A stretch of 64,000 nt of DNA from positions 5,997,621 to 6,061,620 of the forward strand of contig CM119264.1 of the NCBI GenBank assembly GCA_051294375.1, written 5' to 3'. Made by a program: the position numbers and the translations under genes. The stretch is from Paraspadella gotoi (taxonomy: Eukaryota; Animalia; Chaetognatha). Under the pieces are notes generated by a model that searched no databases, was not told the origin of the DNA, and saw only the letters and a program-made list of their open reading frames with translations. Positions 23,101 through 36,800 of this stretch are shown one piece after another (within the stretch, counting starts at the first letter, position 1; each line of letters opens with the position of its first letter).

Positions 23101-26100
23101 GAACTCATAATAACAACTTTACAAGGATTGCTCGACGGCGGAACTGCTTTGTTACAACAACTTTTAGGCTAACTTTTTCGCGTGTGTGCTTTAGGTGTCA
23201 ATTTCATTTATTTATTCTTCATCACTCTGAAACACTACATCTCATGAATAAAAAATTCGAAACTCACGCCTAATTTAACTCTCAGTATTCAAAACAAAAG
23301 CCAGAATTTGATACAGATTGTTGGAGCGTAATTCTCGTCAACGGACATTAAAAACAGATTGTTTTCCCCTTTTATAAACTTAGTAAAGGAATGTTAGGGA
23401 AGAATAACGTTTTCACTTATGTGCGGTTTTTGAAGCATTTTAAAAATAATACAGGTGGTCACACGTACAATATATATTAAACGGACGTATTAGTGAAAAT
23501 GACTCACGTCTCATCTGGCTGCTCTTCTAGTAGCTTTTTCTTTCCTCACTGGGAGAGTTGTCTAACCAGCGAGCCTAAACGGTCGAAAGGACTCAAGTGC
23601 TTGGAATTTTCGCGAGCGGGTTCCGCCGTCGCGTTGTCCGGCTGGACAGTGGCGCCACGTTGAAGACGCGGGCGTAGCGCCGGCGACGAAGACACAGACT
23701 TGACTGTATCGGTAAGACCTTATTCGAGGTTTTAATTTAAAAGATATATTATGGGGCTGGTCAAAATTAAACTCAAATATGTCACATATTCTCGCAACCA
23801 CCTTTGGGCAAAGCTTGGGGGCCCAAGCTGGCCAAAAACGATGGCGGCAAGAAAACACCGTCGTTGTTATCTTTGATAACAAATTCTCTGACGACTTCAT
23901 CGATATCGCTGTCGTCCGTTTGTTTGGTGGGCGGGCTTTGCTGGGCCGGAGGTGCCGTCGACTCCGAGGAAACGGCCACGGGGGAGTGGACGGACGAGGA
24001 GACCGCCTCCGATGAGGGAGGCGGCTGGTCGTCGTCCAAAGATTCGCTCTACAAAATCAAGCGCGGGCGTAAATACACCGCCTGCTGATCCCCCCAGCCC
24101 ACAAGAAACCGCCCCTTTTAAAACATCCTATACCAAATTCTCTCTTGAGTAAAAAGTGCATCTGCGAACCTTCTGGTCGAGGCTTAAGGGACTGGAAACT
24201 GGATAGAGTTGGGCCTGAGGGTCCGAGGACTAACGCATCACGATGTGCATGGAGAACGAAGAGCGATAAAAAGAGGAAAATATATAGGGAAAGAAAACAA
24301 AGGAAATACGCTATTCTAATAAAGTTGTAAAAAACTTATTTCGAATCGTGGTCTAGCTAAAGTTTAGCTACTCTAACTTTATATATTTATAAGCGAGTTT
24401 TTTTTTTTTAAATACGGTCATTAAGAGTACCTCGGCGTTCTAAAGGATATCGATTAGGGGTGGTGAGGAAGGGAAATGGAGCCGAGATGACGCAGTGACG
24501 TACAAACAATCGACAATATATAGAGAGAATTAAGGCGAATTTCAATCGACGAACCGATCATAAAGAAATGGAATGCAAAGGAAAAAAGAAAAAGAGCAAC
24601 GAGGTAAAAAAATGAACACATTGAACATTTAGAAATAAGAAATAAAATAATAATGATAAATGTAGAAAGCTATCGAATGAGTTTTGTCTTCGAGAAGGAC
24701 GAAGAAAAAACCCATCGAGTTCGAGTTCTAATGGATCACAAGTCAACAGGATGATAAAAAAAAAAAAAAAAAAAAACACAGATACAATCGATGTATCGGT
24801 TTAGGTTCACATTGTCATCGAGTTTTCTTTCTCACTTAAATTCATTTTACAGAAATTTTGGGGTTTAACGGCTTCAAATGTGAACCAGAAAGTAGGATAA
24901 GACTAGTTTCATAATTACCTTGCTGTTGGCAAAGAGGAGCCCAATTCCTTCCAGACAAACTTGCAAAAGTCCTCCCTCTCCGGTTTTCATATCCTCGACC
25001 GGAAATTCCCCTCCAAGTTCGGGTCCTGCTCCAGCCAAAATCACGGGGATAAATAAAAACAATCATCAGTCGCTTGTCTCTTAATATCAATTACAGTAAG
25101 ATGAACTTAGAACAAAAAACGGATCATAAATTTTTTTAAAACTAAGGAAGGAGAGAATCAGAAGCGCACCAGGAAGTTTTCCGTTCATTCTGGCGGCCGC
25201 CTTTTCCATCGCCTCTTTGATGGTAACGTAGAGTTCCCGACATTTTTTCGTGTAGAACTTGTTAAGCTGAGTATCTCCACCGGATCGGCGCCATAAACAA
25301 AGGACCTTTGTCTTGGGACAGAAAGTCATGTTGACCAAACGTTCGTACCTATGATCGAAGAGCCGAATAAAGGATAAAACTGAAAATCGATTAGTTGACA
25401 AATTCGAAAACAATCTTCCTCTAACTTACCACCACCTTTCCACGATGGCGCCATTGACGCTCCTTAGAATGATGCAGTCGTCGCAGACTTCCATGAACAG
25501 CATGTCGCCTGTGATAAAAAGATATGAAGATGGTAGTTCCCTAAGAGACATGATCATTCGAAGAAACCTTACCAGTGTTGTCAGTCCCCCAGTGAACGGT
25601 AAACGACTGTTTCTGCATCATCCGAGATTGCAGCGGCTGTAAATCTACGTCGTTGCCATGCTAGTGATAAATAACAATAATATAAATTTAAAATAAACTT
25701 ATTAAGCATGGAAAGTTTTTTTCCTATGAAATGAACAATATATTTTTAAAATTAACAAAATGTATAAATCTAACCAAATTGTTAATGGAGTCTAATAAAG
25801 CGTTGATTTCCTGCGAGAACTTGAGTCCAATGTGACATTTGCCAACCATTCTTCTCGATTTCTTTTTTATTTCCGTTTTGTCCACTCGCATCATTATCAT
25901 GAAGGCAATCATGTTGAAAAGCATGCTGAAACATGGCACAAAAACAAAGTAGGAATTAAAAGAAAATCCTAAAAGTATAGTGATCTCGCCAGACGTTACT
26001 ATCAAAAAAAATTAATGAAAAAATCCGGAAAAAAAACGAATGATTGATATAATAGTAATTGATTGATGTAATAATAATTGATTGATGTAATAATAATTGA

Positions 26101-27845
26101 TTGATGTAATAGTAATTGAATGAGATAATAATAATTAAATGATATAATAGTAATTGATTGATGCGATAATAACAAAAGATTGATGCGATGATAATCATTC
26201 ATTGATGCGATGATAATCATTCATCTTAAATAAAACAAATGCGTGTATGAGTGAGAGAGAGAGAGAAGGAGAGAGAGAGAAAAAAAGAGAGACAAATAAA
26301 AAAAGCTGGATAACCGCTGGACATCCGCTGCAGAGCTGAACTCGTTTTTAAACGAATCAGAAGAGGCAGCGACAGAAAAAAGAGAGAAAGAATGAGCTAC
26401 ATATAATTAAAACATAATTTTAATTCTTAATTATTTTTATATAAAATTGTTTTGTAAATAAAACAAACTAATGCGTGTAGCAATATGAAACATGTGATTC
26501 TAAAAGATCTTGACGATGAGAAGCTATATCTAAATTTTTAGCTTCCTATGGTTACACACTTATACAATTTTTAATTTTAAAAAAGCGTGACGACGACAAC
26601 GGCACAAAGAAGTAATTTTAAACGATTATATCGCCAAGACGCCAAAACTGGTATCAAATTATTACTTGGTGAGCAACTTGTCTTCCTCCAACTCTAGTCT
26701 TTTCCGGTCGCTATCGCATAAAGAGTTGTACCTTTCAATAAAAGTAAAAAAATACCGCGAGATCAGTTAATTAAAAACAGAGGGCAGAATTATAGAATTT
26801 CAATATTACAACTATGTAGAATTATTTCATATTATTTTAATAATTTGACTGAGTAAACCCGACCGACCTTTTAGAACTGTTGGGCTTCCGATATTATAGA
26901 CTATTTTTTAAAATAATCGGTCACACGATTGGCTCCTATGTTAAACAATACACATAAGCACATTTATGCAATAACCGACTGTCTTTATTTTAACTATGTT
27001 TAATTCATTGAGTATTTATAATGATTTACGTGTCGCAATTTATCATATTGTCATTATTTGGCCGTTTGGAGGAGGAAGAGAAAACTCTAAAAGCTGAAGA
27101 AGACTAATAAACTGGCGAAAGTATGAAAAAAATGGGCACGCGATGGACGGTCGCTGGGCAAAAGATTTTTCATGTTATTTTGGTTTCCATGTTCAGCAAA
27201 GCGGCAGAGCCAGAGGGAAGAAAATTTTTTTTTTTTCTACTTGAAAAATGAGCGAATTTCCGTTGTCATAACTGAGACCATGAATTTCTCGACAAAATTT
27301 ATTTTCACCTTTATTGCATTAAGCTTTTCAAGTAAGTTAAAACACCGCTAATTTAGCTCGCTTAAAATTCTTTGGAAAAAATATTTTTTGCAATAGGTAC
27401 TTTCGTGACGGGCTGTAATTATAAAGAAGACGTGGTCATGTGCTACAAATGCGCTCAAATTAGAACGCCCGAGCACGACTGCTACAGAGCCCCGCATCTC
27501 CTGCCAATGGAACAATGCGCCGCCGGGCAGAAATACTGCGCCACGATTATCACAAGAGAATCAGGTAAGCGAAACGAAAGTCGAATTTATCAGAAATAAA
27601 CTTTTTTGCTTAATTTGCTTTATTTTTCTCTTCACACTTTTAGACAATAAAACGGTCAGATCAGTGAGAAGAGAATGCAGCGTAGCCGGAAGCGACATAT
27701 GTATAGCAACTAACATGGAACACTGGTGAAAAATCTAAGACTTAAATTTAAAACAGAACAGTTTAAAAACATGTTTAAAAGTGAAGAAATATCATAATAA
27801 TAATATAAATACTAATAATACCAATAAAACCAACATAATAATACC

Positions 27846-27882
<37 letters not shown>

Positions 27883-30800
27883 CAACATGTTTAAGAGTGA
27901 AGAAATATCATAATCTCATCTTTCAGGTGCCTGTACAAAACCTGCGACTTCAACCTTTGCAATTCCGGAATTTCAACACCAAAATACCCAAGTTTACTAT
28001 TTTTTATATTGTATGAATTTACGGCAGTTTTAAACTTCTTTTATGAAATAAATAATATATAAAACTTCAAAACCTGGATTTTTTCGCCGCTACCCCATTA
28101 ACCAAAAAACAACATTATTACCTTTCCAACATTTCCGAGGGCCCACTGTCCATGCCTATGATGTCCCTCTCTTGAGCGACGGCATCGAGGAAGGCGTCCT
28201 CCCAGTATTGAGTGTAATCCCAAAGGTGCGACCGGTCTTTGCCCGCCAGACCTGAAAAATAAGACGCAACACATTTTACCAACATTTATTTCGAACTTAA
28301 CGAGCAGCGCGCTTTTGTTTCAAAAGCTTACTCTCGAAGAGATAAAATCGCCCCCCATCGGGAGTCGAGGATCGCGAGACGTTAATCATCTTTCCACCGT
28401 GATATCTGAATCCAGCGGAGAGGGAGCTCTTTGAGTGGGTCACCGAGTTAGTGACGGGTGCCGACGTCACTGAGGCCGACGAACCGCTGGGGAATCGACC
28501 TCGTGGACGACCGAACTGGACCAAGGATAAAGATAAATGAATGACGACATATCAAGAAATAAAAACAGGTCCTCTTTTAAAAGTGGCAGATGAGCTTTCG
28601 AAATGTTTGGATTGGTCGTCAAATATAAGGCCAATTATTTGGGGGAGATCTTTACTCACTTCTAATTCAGTATCAGAGACGGTAGCCCGAGAGTAGCCAG
28701 GCCCCAAGTTTCCACCGACAGGGGCGCTGACTAAAGTGCCACTTGATTCTGGAGAAGCGGCGCCATCTGTACGCAATTAAAATCAAATTTTTACATTTCC
28801 AATCTGAAGTAATAATACATAAAACCAACAAAATACGTGAATTTAATAATCATGTTGTGAAAACAAAGTCGATGTAATAGGATTTGTTTCGCCTTTAAAC
28901 GCATCATTTACTAATTACGAGCCCAGTTAATTCCAGCTTACAAGAGTCAGAGTCCGCGCTGTTAAACTGTTGCAAGCGCGACGGCAGAGTTCGTCGAACC
29001 TGAATGAATTTCCATTTATAGATTTTGAATCTTTTTTAGGGTGGAGTGATGAAAAGATTGAGCGATTGAACATTATTTTTTTGCTGCCTATGGACATATA
29101 ATTAACCAATTTTAAATCTTTTTAAAATTTGTTTTTGCATAACAGTATAGTAAATTCAATTATTTATTTATATCCTTATAAAATCGTTAAATTTTAAAAT
29201 ATTTTTTATTTATTTTTAAGAACAGATTTGGGTTCGCCGTAAAAACTAAGAAACTTTTATAAAATATGTTATATAATATTTTAATGTTTAAACCGCAAAA
29301 AAGACAAACGTTTTAACATATATAAGTTTCTACTACAAATAATAAAAAAGTCATGAATTTTCACCCTTTTCCCCCGTTTTAAATGCTGAAGATTACAGAA
29401 TTTTTGATAACATGTTTTATATTTTTGATTTAAATTTTTATGAAGAATCTGAATTTTTATTAACAGTTTTTAAAAATTTATTATTTTATAAGAATATTAC
29501 TACAATTATCTTGTATTTTACTATTCTGTTCCCGAAACAATATAAACAAAATATTTTTTATACTAGTTAATCATACTATCTTACAACTAAATATCCTTGT
29601 TCGATCATTCAAATAAATTTTTTGTTCTTGAGTGCTCCACTCTAATGTACATTGTACACAATAATGATTATGTACCTCAGAGGACGAGGACGAGGACAAG
29701 ACTTGCGACGGAGTAGGAGAATCACAGCTCGATAGATTGGAATTATCACAGACGTTGACTCCCGAAGAGGGATAACCTATCGTTTCAATATAAAAAGTAA
29801 TGAAGTTAACTTATTGAAGATTTTTTTGAAAGCGAAACTGATTTATACCTGAACCCATATCAAACGAGGATTCTGAGATGCCATCGAGGCTACCTTGTCC
29901 TCCCTGTAATATCACAGGCTGAGCTCCTATAATTAAGAAAAGTGAAACGAAAACGCGTGAACTATTACATTTGTCCTTTTTCGCTAACAATTGTAATTAT
30001 TTTACCAATTACCATATGACTAGGAGCTCGAAAAATAAAATATTTTCACTTAAGTTTTAAACAGATTTTTGTTTTAAAAATAAAATAAAAAATAATATAA
30101 AAGTTTTTTGATTTTTTTTTGTTTTTCAAATTTTTTCAATATGTTATTTTAACAAAATAATATGAAGTTGGAGAAACGTATTAAATTCTAATGAAACGGT
30201 GTTGGAAGCCTTAATAATCTCCGACAAAATAAATAAGTCATATCAATATTCAAAATTTTTTACAATTAACTAAAAATAGTATAAAGCAGTTAATTAGTCG
30301 CCAACATGCCAGCATGCTGTAAAATAGGTCCAGAGGCTGTGAAAAAACTGTCAGAAAACCTGTCAGAACTCGATCAACAGTCAACATAAGCCATACTTAT
30401 TCAATTCTAACCTAATTAGTCCAACAAAATTTGTTCTCATAAATAAACAAAAACTATATTTTTACAGGATTAACACCTGCATTTTTGTAACAGGTAATAT
30501 ATTTAAAAATAAAATTAACAAACAAAATTGAAAGGTTATTATGATCGATCCCATGGTCCCATTCTAGTTCTTTTGTACAAAACCTATATGAAACGTCTTG
30601 TATATTGGAGCTTGCAGACAACGACACGCAAAACCGGTGACAGAATGTAACACTTTTTAGTTAAAATTCTTTTAAAATCTTTTGCAATTCTGTAATTTAC
30701 TCGAAAATATCTGTGAAAATTACCATTGCGTGAGCATTATGTTACATTCAGACTCACCAATGCCTATTATAATATAAGATAAAAATTTAAATTAAAATAA

Positions 30801-33800
30801 ACTGGGGGACCATGAAATCTACTTGAACAGATACCCTAGCTAAAACTGAAAATTTAGCGATAGTGCGCACTACTTAACATGAAAATCAAGTGGTAAAATC
30901 AAGGAGATGCCTCAGTTATAAATACGACATAAAATCTATCACATGCAGAAAATAAAAATATGCTTTGAAAAATATGTCTGAAAATTCAAGAACTGAAATA
31001 ATCTTAGATCATATTCGCTAAGAATCTAAATTGCGTTGAATATAGAAGTAGTAAAAATGGACACGCCTGTTTCAGTGCTGGATGAAGGTGTAGACTGATC
31101 ACTGGATGAATTCGAGCTTAATTTTGCCCTATATGGCGATGAACTTCCAGCCGAAGTTGCAAACTAAAAAGAGAGCAACGTTTAAATCTAGATATCTCTA
31201 AACATGAGAATAGATCTCATAGTAACCTGTTCATTTCCTCTGCTTAAATGATCTTGAAAAGCTTGGCTCTCCTGCAATCGGAGAAAATAGTAGTAAACTC
31301 TCAATATTGAATAACTACTAGATTTAACTAAACCTACGCCGTTTCTTTTTTATGTTTACCCGCGTTTGCGTTAAAGACTGGCCATTATAGCCTAGCTTGG
31401 TCCTCGTCAGTGGTTGAATGAAATGGAATGAGGATCCTATGGGACAATCAATTTTGGCCAAATTAAATGTTAATGACTAGCTTACGGATTATCTAATTTA
31501 ATCTAATTTAAGCTTTCAGTATAAAACTGCTTGCAAAACCCAATAAATTTACGTAAGTAAAAAATTATTATTTAAAACTTTGTCTGTATGTCTGCAGGCT
31601 CAAATATTAAAAATGCGAAGGTTAAAAAAAAATTGTTTTACAACAAAAGCTCAATTATGATAACTTACCACCAACTTCAAAAGGCATTTTTTTATTGGAA
31701 GCTGTTGAACATGGTTGACTGTCAAAAGAATTTCTTCCCGATTGAACGATAGAGCCTACATAATAATGTAAAAACGTAAAAATGTTAAGTTAAAAACAAA
31801 CGTTGTCAATTAATGGTAATTCTTATAAGATGGTTCTGGTTTTTTAACAAAATTTAATCGTAAATTGGGTAACCTTGTTTAAGATTGGGATGTGACTGTC
31901 CCCCGGGAATGTTCACTACGGCCGATCCTAGAGTATCTTGGCTTTTATAAATGGAAGAGTTCTGTAAATACCATTAATAGAGCAGACAATTTAATAGCGA
32001 TCTTGCCTATATAATCTCGAATAAGTTTATGAAAAATAAAAACTTGCATGTGAAAATGGACTCGAGATGCTCGCTATGGGATCTGAATCTCCACTTTGAG
32101 AAAGTCCCTTTGCAGCCAAGGCTACCGCCGTCGCCATGGTTGTCCCACCATCTCCCTAAGGAACGAGTTTCTTCTAAGCTCAAATTGAGCAATCGTTTTT
32201 CGAACCTTTTTACTACGATATCTTATTATTTTATATTTACCGTCGGCAGGGAACTACCAGACGAACGATCGGTGGACCAAAAATGAGTGTGAGAAATTTC
32301 CAGAACTTGAAATGCGGACGCCATACCGCCGGAACAATGTGTAAAGTAGGTATGCTCCAAACCCTGCATGGACGTTAAAAATATTTACTCTTCAGGGAGC
32401 GGTAGCCGACCAAATTTAAATTTTAATGGGAACAGCATTAAACGAATCCATTATTGGTATTGTGTTAAAATAATCTATTGCAAAAATGTTTCGAACCATG
32501 AGTAATTCGTTAATTAAAATTATTATATTGCTATATAATGACAATTTTTTTTATATTTTAAATTTTTTTAATTGATTCTGATAGAGCTCAAAAAGTTAAA
32601 CAAAAAATATAATTAAAACTTTTTAAAATTTTGATGTTTTATTACTGAAAATTGGTAAAAACTATTAAAATTATCGGATGATGATGATGAGGATTAATTT
32701 TTAAAGTTTTTTCAAATTTTGACCCACATATCATCAAAATATTTAAAAAAATTATACTTTGTGCAGACAACTTTTCATAAACTATCTGAATCTACTTATA
32801 AAACTAAAAAATTCTAAAAATTTTTTTTGACATTTCTCATCTATAAATAAATATTAAAAAATTAATTACTAGTGCTTCTCGCCATTTTAGAAATTTTTGG
32901 TCCATTGAAAGTTTTCTCAGAATTGTATGAAATTTCATTTGGGAAGGTTCCCAAATCAAACTTCTGACCCACCCCATTGACAAAGTTTGGCCCTACTTCA
33001 GGTTACTGTAAAACATTAAATAAAACATTCGAGCAACAATTAAATTTAGTTTTACCTGAATAATACTTTGCAACATTTTTAACGCCCCTTTGAAAATACT
33101 CTTCGAGATAAGGACGTCGTCGATGTGAAGAACGTCGTCGGACAGCTTCCGTTCCATATTGCGGTTGAGTCGAGAGACAGCGAAGTTACGATAGTTTTCG
33201 TCTTCCATCAGTTTTTTCACTCGCGGAAGTTTGAGCCACCCGATTCCTTGCCCCTCCAACACTCCATCGATCACTTCTTTGAGAAAATGTTGTTTTTCGC
33301 TGAAGAATAACAAAGAAACTCGGATACCCTACTGAATAGCAAACTTATCAAGTTAGATGACATTAAAAATACAAAAAGGGCAAAGATTCGGCCCCCTCAT
33401 AGCCCTCGTACCTATTCGACATGGTTCGATGCTCCAAGTGCTGCCTCTCGATGAGCTTCTGTCCCTTCCTCGCTTGCACGGCGGCTGCGTTGAAAGCCGC
33501 GTTTCTAACGTCTTGAATTCCGCCCGGAATGGCGGATGAGACGGGGTTTGAGCTGCTGGCTCCGCGTATCAGGGGAGATTCTATCTTTCGCGGCGCTCGA
33601 TTAGGGAATGGCGCAAATTGAGGTTTGAGCTTCTCACGAGCCGCGCGCGCCGAAGCTGGGAGGGACATGACGCCGCTCGATTTGGCGCTCGTTTTTGCGG
33701 AGCCTGGTAACGTTGAGGGCAGGAGAGTATGTGAAGGTGAGGTATCCGCATGGAAAAGACCGTAATGGAATAAAAGCCAGTTTTATACATAGTAGTAACA

Positions 33801-36800
33801 TCACAAACACGTAATTCTTTATAAGCACATTCATATTTATTATTTAATGTTTATACGATCAGTCGAGGCTTTAGTACGTATAATATACGTACTAAAGCCT
33901 CGACTGGTCGTATATATTAGCTACAAGTTGTGCTATACATGAGCATTGAGCAGTCTAGCCTACTAGCTAATGGCAAAGTAATGTTTTCTGAACTAATGCT
34001 AGACATCAGTTTTTAAATTTTGGATAAATCCCGAAAACTTGTGGAATTCAAGTGATATGTAACATGACTGAAAAAAATACTTTCTTTAAAATTTAAAAAA
34101 TTAGTCTTCAGACAAATGAATATTCCCTTTAAAGTGCAACAAAATAAATAGCAGGCATCCACGAGCAACGCATAAATCATTTAATCATACCGTCTGCACT
34201 CTCGTAGGGTTCCTCCCCTCCTTTACCTAAATGTTACAAAAACGAAAGAAAAAAAACTGAATTTTTAAACAAAACACCAACCCGATATCCAACTACAATA
34301 AAAAATTAGTTTTAATTTGTACATAGAATAAATAATTGTAAATGCGGTCGTTACATAACACAATATCTTGAAAAGGTGCAAAATCGCAAGGACAAGACAA
34401 GTCAAAACATACTTACCAAGAAAATTAGCAAACGCATCCGACGCTAGGAAAGCATTAATTATCAAGAATTATGATTTAGCAAGAGTTTCAGCGGACTGAC
34501 GTTCCCATCAGCAAAGCAGACAACCGCCCGGGGTCTCACCAGTTTTTGCGCCGTCGAGCAATTCATCAGTGACGCTAGAAAGAATGGATGAAGAGGGATT
34601 TCGGGCGCCGGAAGAGTCGTCGTCTTGAAAGTTCCTCGAGTCGCCACTATCAAAGCTTTTGCCTGGCGAAAGATCAATATCTTTCAGTTTCATGGAACCA
34701 AAACTGCTACTGAAACTCCTTTACAAATTATCAATAAGGAGAGCAACAAATTAAAAGAAAAAAAACATAAGCTATTTGTATTTCTCACCCAGAGATTTTA
34801 AAGTTTTGGCTCCCATCCTCGACGCGCTGTTGACGACCGAGGTGAGAGGGTTGGTAGCCATGGGTGGGTGAGGAGGGTGGGGTGCGTGGGCCGGACGACC
34901 CGGAACGGGATCGAGGGGAGTCCGGTGAGTGGGAGAGCGACTCTGAGTTCTTAAGGAGGTCGGGCGCTGAATTCCATCTGTCGATGATCTCCCTCCGTCA
35001 GGAGAGGATCCACCTGGATCTAAAGAAATGATTAAATGATAAAATATAAATAAAATAATGATGTAAATCCATGGGATGTTTAATTATAACATTTTTACTT
35101 TATAGTAAATATGAACAATATTGATAACAGTTCTACCAGTAAAAGAAAGCAACCGAGAAAGAAAAAAAAAACTTACCCGTAATTGATGGCGGGACGAGGA
35201 CGGCCCCGTGGGGTGATGCCGAAAGAGGAGGGGTCGAAGAGATATCCAGCGTTTCTCCTAAATTCCAATCAATCTAAGGTTTGAAATCTCTAAAACTAAT
35301 AAAATTTTAGGTTTTATTTTTTAGGTATTTGCAACGTTGTCAAACAATAACAACACGCAACCTCGGTAATACCATTGAACATACGTACCCTTTTCTCGGG
35401 TAGGACTGCTGTGGGGAGAAGAGGTAGGGGACGTTCCGTAACTCGAGTCCGAATCGAAACTCTCTTCATCCGTTCCTTTGCCGCCACTTCCGCTTACGCC
35501 TCCGCCACGTCTAATCAATAAATAATTAGATATCTCTTAGATATGTACTCAAGGTTTAGTATATATTTAACAATTTAGTTTATTATTTCCATACAAAGTA
35601 ATGTTCTCCTGCGCATTTTAACAATAAAGCCCGCCTCGCCCTCATTGAAATTATCGACTCGCCTCGTTTTGACCCAGCGACCGCTGGGAGTTCGGCGAGG
35701 CAGCCTCTTCGTAACGTCTCCCCCCGTGGACCCCCCGGCCGCAGAGTCCTGCCCCCCGGGTCCGGGGGGTCCAGAGGCTCGAGAGCCGAACTCCGGAGGA
35801 TATTGCAACTCGGTCTGCGGTTTGAGGATCCCGCCGAGGTCCATGATGGGGTGGTTGCTGCGGAGAGGAGGAACCGGGCCTGGAGTGGTGTCGCCGCCGC
35901 CGCCGGCAACGCCGGTCGCGACGCCGACGACAGAACTGGAATGTTGGTCCGAGAGAACCAAGTCGCTCAGGGACGAGAAGGAGGAGCCCGTGGAACCGCC
36001 CTCCTCACTCCCGTCCGCCTCGGAATCGCTGCCCGATTCGTCTGTGATTAAATTTTCTTTTTTTTTAAGTATCTGTATTTTTTTAAGTATTTTTTTAAGT
36101 ATTTTTAAGTATTTTTTTAAGTATCTGTATTTTTTTAAGTATCTTTGTTGAGTTGTCCGTCCGAAGTCTCCACGATTGAGTCATTACCAGTCGGTAGATT
36201 CGCTTCTTCTTCCAGTTGCATCGAAAGGGCGGCTCCAAGCGTGGAATTTTTCTCGTAAACCGGAAAACTGAAAGCGCTAAGTTCAGCTCTGTACCATTTC
36301 GGTTTGTCGCCTGATTGAATAACGTTTGATAAGCTATTTTTAGACACTTCCAATCCAAAAAATAAAAAAATATATTTCAAACAGTTTTCACTTACCGATT
36401 AGCGAGGGATCAAAGACTCCTGTGTGCACGCGGAGAAAGGCAGAGTTGGTTGGAGAAAGAGACCATTCGGCAAAATATTCTACTGCCTGTCACCGGTAAG
36501 CAAGCAAACATGTTTAATTTTAAAAAATTAAACTCATCAGACGAAATAAACTTATACCTGAGTCCTTATAAGCCGATGGACGAAATGTGTTTTCACCGGC
36601 CGCGACCTTAGGAAGCTGTTGACCTAAAGTACCAATTAAAATACGGGATTTAAATTTACCAACGTGAGACCGTTTTAAAATAATTAAATGAACCAGCCCG
36701 CTAACTTGAAAAGCTACGACGGGTCGCGGGTAAAGCCGTAACGTTCTCGTGTGCTCCGCGAAATTGGCCAGGACGTTGGCAGAATTGAAAAATCGAACCA

